Origin: a virus
Lineage: Duplodnaviria; Caudoviricetes
DNA: 25,981 nucleotides
Strand: one strand, 5' to 3'
IMG/VR virus record: IMGVR_UViG_3300005612_000020
Location: 1 to 25,981 of that record
Part shown: piece by piece, positions 24,598 to 25,981 of the stretch
Layout of the letters: every line of letters begins with the position of its first letter
Position numbering within the stretch: the first letter of the stretch is position 1
Position numbers and translations under genes: made by a program
Notes under the pieces: generated by a model
Seen by the model: the letters and a program-made list of their open reading frames with translations, nothing else
Databases searched by the model: none
Told to the model about the DNA's origin: nothing

Positions 24598-25016
24598 TTC
24601 ATGTCAAACTCCCCGCCACCAGGTAAAAGCATTTCCATGTCTTGATCAAGCTTGAGATATGTTTCAAATAGAAAGATTGCCCTTTCCCATCCTTTTACAA
24701 CAAATGCTGCATAATCTCTATCACGCATCTTCGTACGCCATTCACGCTGTTTATCAGATACAGATGGATAATAGCCCTTCACATCAGGCTTGAGCTCGAC
24801 CCAAAGGCCGTGATAAATGCCCATGGGCACCGGCAAGAAGTAATCGTGGACGCCAGCACGGACGCCCATGCGCTTTAACCTGGCCGCTTCGCGCTTGTTG
24901 CGCTTGCCGCCGTTAGGCACATGCAGTAAGAATTCTCTGAGAATGGGATTTAGCTGCGCTCGTGACCATAGCGCAATCGACTCGCTGTCTTCGTAATGTT
25001 GGGTTTTACTGGCGAT
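24594..25016 (-). CDS. VRR-NUC domain nuclease/resolvase (about 140 aa; probable ATC start)
   Basis: HVPNGGKR...A..LK.MGV.AGV.D...GLWVELK...S..Q..W PD-(D/E)xK motifs; frame extends 32 codons upstream of the ORF-track GTG. Confidence 0.8.
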   Translation of the reverse strand: MASKTQHYEDSESIALWSRAQLNPILREFLLHVPNGGKRNKREAARLKRMGVRAGVHDYFLPVPMGIYHGLWVELKPDVKGYYPSVSDKQREWRTKMRDRDYAAFVVKGWERAIFLFETYLKLDQDMEMLLPGGGEFDMK

Positions 25017-25040
25017 GGCTCATCCTCCCCAGGTAAGCTG

Positions 25041-25254
25041 GTGCTAATACTATCCGAAATAATTTGCAGTTGCCACCCTTTAGCACAATGATATCTGCAT
25101 AATCGCATGCAGAGGCGCGAGCACTAATTCAGGATGGCTTGATTCCAGGACGCTGCGTTTCCCGCCCTGCCCTGTATCGCGCCGTTATTTCTTATTCATA
25201 CCCTCAATAGTTATTCATGCCTGAATCCGGTTTATCTGCATCAACCGGATCAGG
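25041..25254 (-). ncRNA. Candidate structured non-coding region
   Basis: Several inverted repeats: GTGCTAA/TTAGCAC, TCTGCAT/ATGCAGA, GGCGCGA/TCGCGCC, CCTGA-ATCCGGTT/AACCGGAT-CAGG; no convincing ORF in an otherwise gap-free gene array. Confidence 0.4.
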
Positions 25255-25307
25255 ACTACGCGTTTGACAGATTTTCCACAGGTGCGTTACCCCTTTAATT
25301 CATACCC

Positions 25308-25481
25308 TTATTTCTTATCATATGGTGGTAGTTTACAGATTTCCTTAATATCATCAGAATGCACCCAGCCTTGGTGATGTCTTTCAAATAACTCCCTACC
25401 TATCTGCTGTCTAATTTGTTTGGCAAGTTCTTCGCCAATATTCGCATAGCCTGATACATCAATATCTTCTATCTTATCCAT
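25308..25481 (-). CDS. Hypothetical protein (57 aa; absent from the ORF track)
   Basis: MDKIEDIDVSGYANIGEELAKQIRQQIGRELFERHHQGWVHSDDIKEICKLPPYDKK; TGATG coupling. Confidence 0.55.
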   Translation of the reverse strand: MDKIEDIDVSGYANIGEELAKQIRQQIGRELFERHHQGWVHSDDIKEICKLPPYDKK

Positions 25482-25717
25482 CACTCCATACCCTCAATAG
25501 CTGCTATTAAATCATCAACAAGGATTAGCTTTCTTTTCTCACGACCATCTATATTAAGCACGAATCCACTTTTAAGAGACTTAACCACCTCAATCACCCC
25601 TTCCCGGTCATACAGGCGGACAATCTGGATGATGTTTTCACTAATAGCTAGCTTCATTGCTGGTCCAGTTTCTTCGTCTGGAAGTCTTTCAGCTATCTGC
25701 TCTATCAATTCACTCAT
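25481..25717 (-). CDS. Hypothetical protein (78 aa from ATG 25717)
   Basis: ATGAGTGA overlap with upstream gene; MSELIEQIAERLP...AAIEGME. Confidence 0.55.
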   Translation of the reverse strand: MSELIEQIAERLPDEETGPAMKLAISENIIQIVRLYDREGVIEVVKSLKSGFVLNIDGREKRKLILVDDLIAAIEGME

Positions 25718-25981
25718 TAGGTGGCTCCGGTAGTGGCATATTAAGATAGTAAGCAACAGAATCGTCAGGTTTACGACAGTCGTTCGCGCCTATAAACTCA
25801 AAATATCCTTTACTATGTGGTTGTGGTGGTACATATTCTGCTGGCCATGATTCATCGAGGCAACAATCTTTATCCATAACAATGTACCACCCAGCTGCGT
25901 TTGGTAGCTCACTCACAGGTATCCACTGAGGCTGACAGAGGGCGATGATCCGTTTTATTAAACTATCATCTTCTTCATTAT
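25710..25981 (-). CDS. DUF551-like domain protein, 3' part (starts beyond the right edge)
   Basis: Frame is open to the edge: ...QPQWIPVSELPNAAGWY...MPLPEPP, the WI.VSE.P/MPLPEPP signature. Confidence 0.6.
   Translation of the reverse strand, partial: NEEDDSLIKRIIALCQPQWIPVSELPNAAGWYIVMDKDCCLDESWPAEYVPPQPHSKGYFEFIGANDCRKPDDSVAYYLNMPLPEPPNE

Larger units (their letters stand above)
1..25981 (-). mobile_element. Tailed phage/prophage segment (podovirus-like morphogenesis module plus accessory genes)
   Basis: terS-terL-portal-scaffold-capsid-adaptor-tail order on one strand; no host housekeeping genes, att site or integrase in the window. Confidence 0.93.

Noticed and set aside
25114-25183. 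HDV-like or hammerhead ribozyme, or tRNA
   Set aside because: No GG after the P1 3' strand or L3 consensus, no CUGANGA/GAAA core, and no cloverleaf with a TTC loop.

Overview
This window is a contiguous, entirely minus-strand segment of a tailed dsDNA phage or prophage with podovirus-like morphogenesis genes. In transcription order (right to left) it holds small accessory genes (DUF551-like, VRR-NUC nuclease, Q-like regulator, J-domain protein, DUF968-like), a candidate late promoter/terminator pair, terS, terL, portal, scaffold, major capsid protein, decoration and adaptor genes, two cassettes of putative surface/carbohydrate-binding proteins, a tail fibre-like gene and a partial tail stabilisation gene. 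The main result is that the major capsid gene is split by a 1005-nt group I intron (11945-12949). Its splice sites, P1/P10 and P3-P9 helices can be read directly from the sequence, and it encodes a double-motif LAGLIDADG homing endonuclease whose 3' end overlaps the ribozyme core. Other candidates for undescribed biology are a triple, evenly spaced RNA hairpin motif (GAAUCCC...GGCUC) abutting the scaffold RBS, a TIGR03790-like protein in the virion module, and a structured non-coding region upstream of a nuclease that appears to start at ATC. No database searches were run; family assignments are from motif recognition and gene order.
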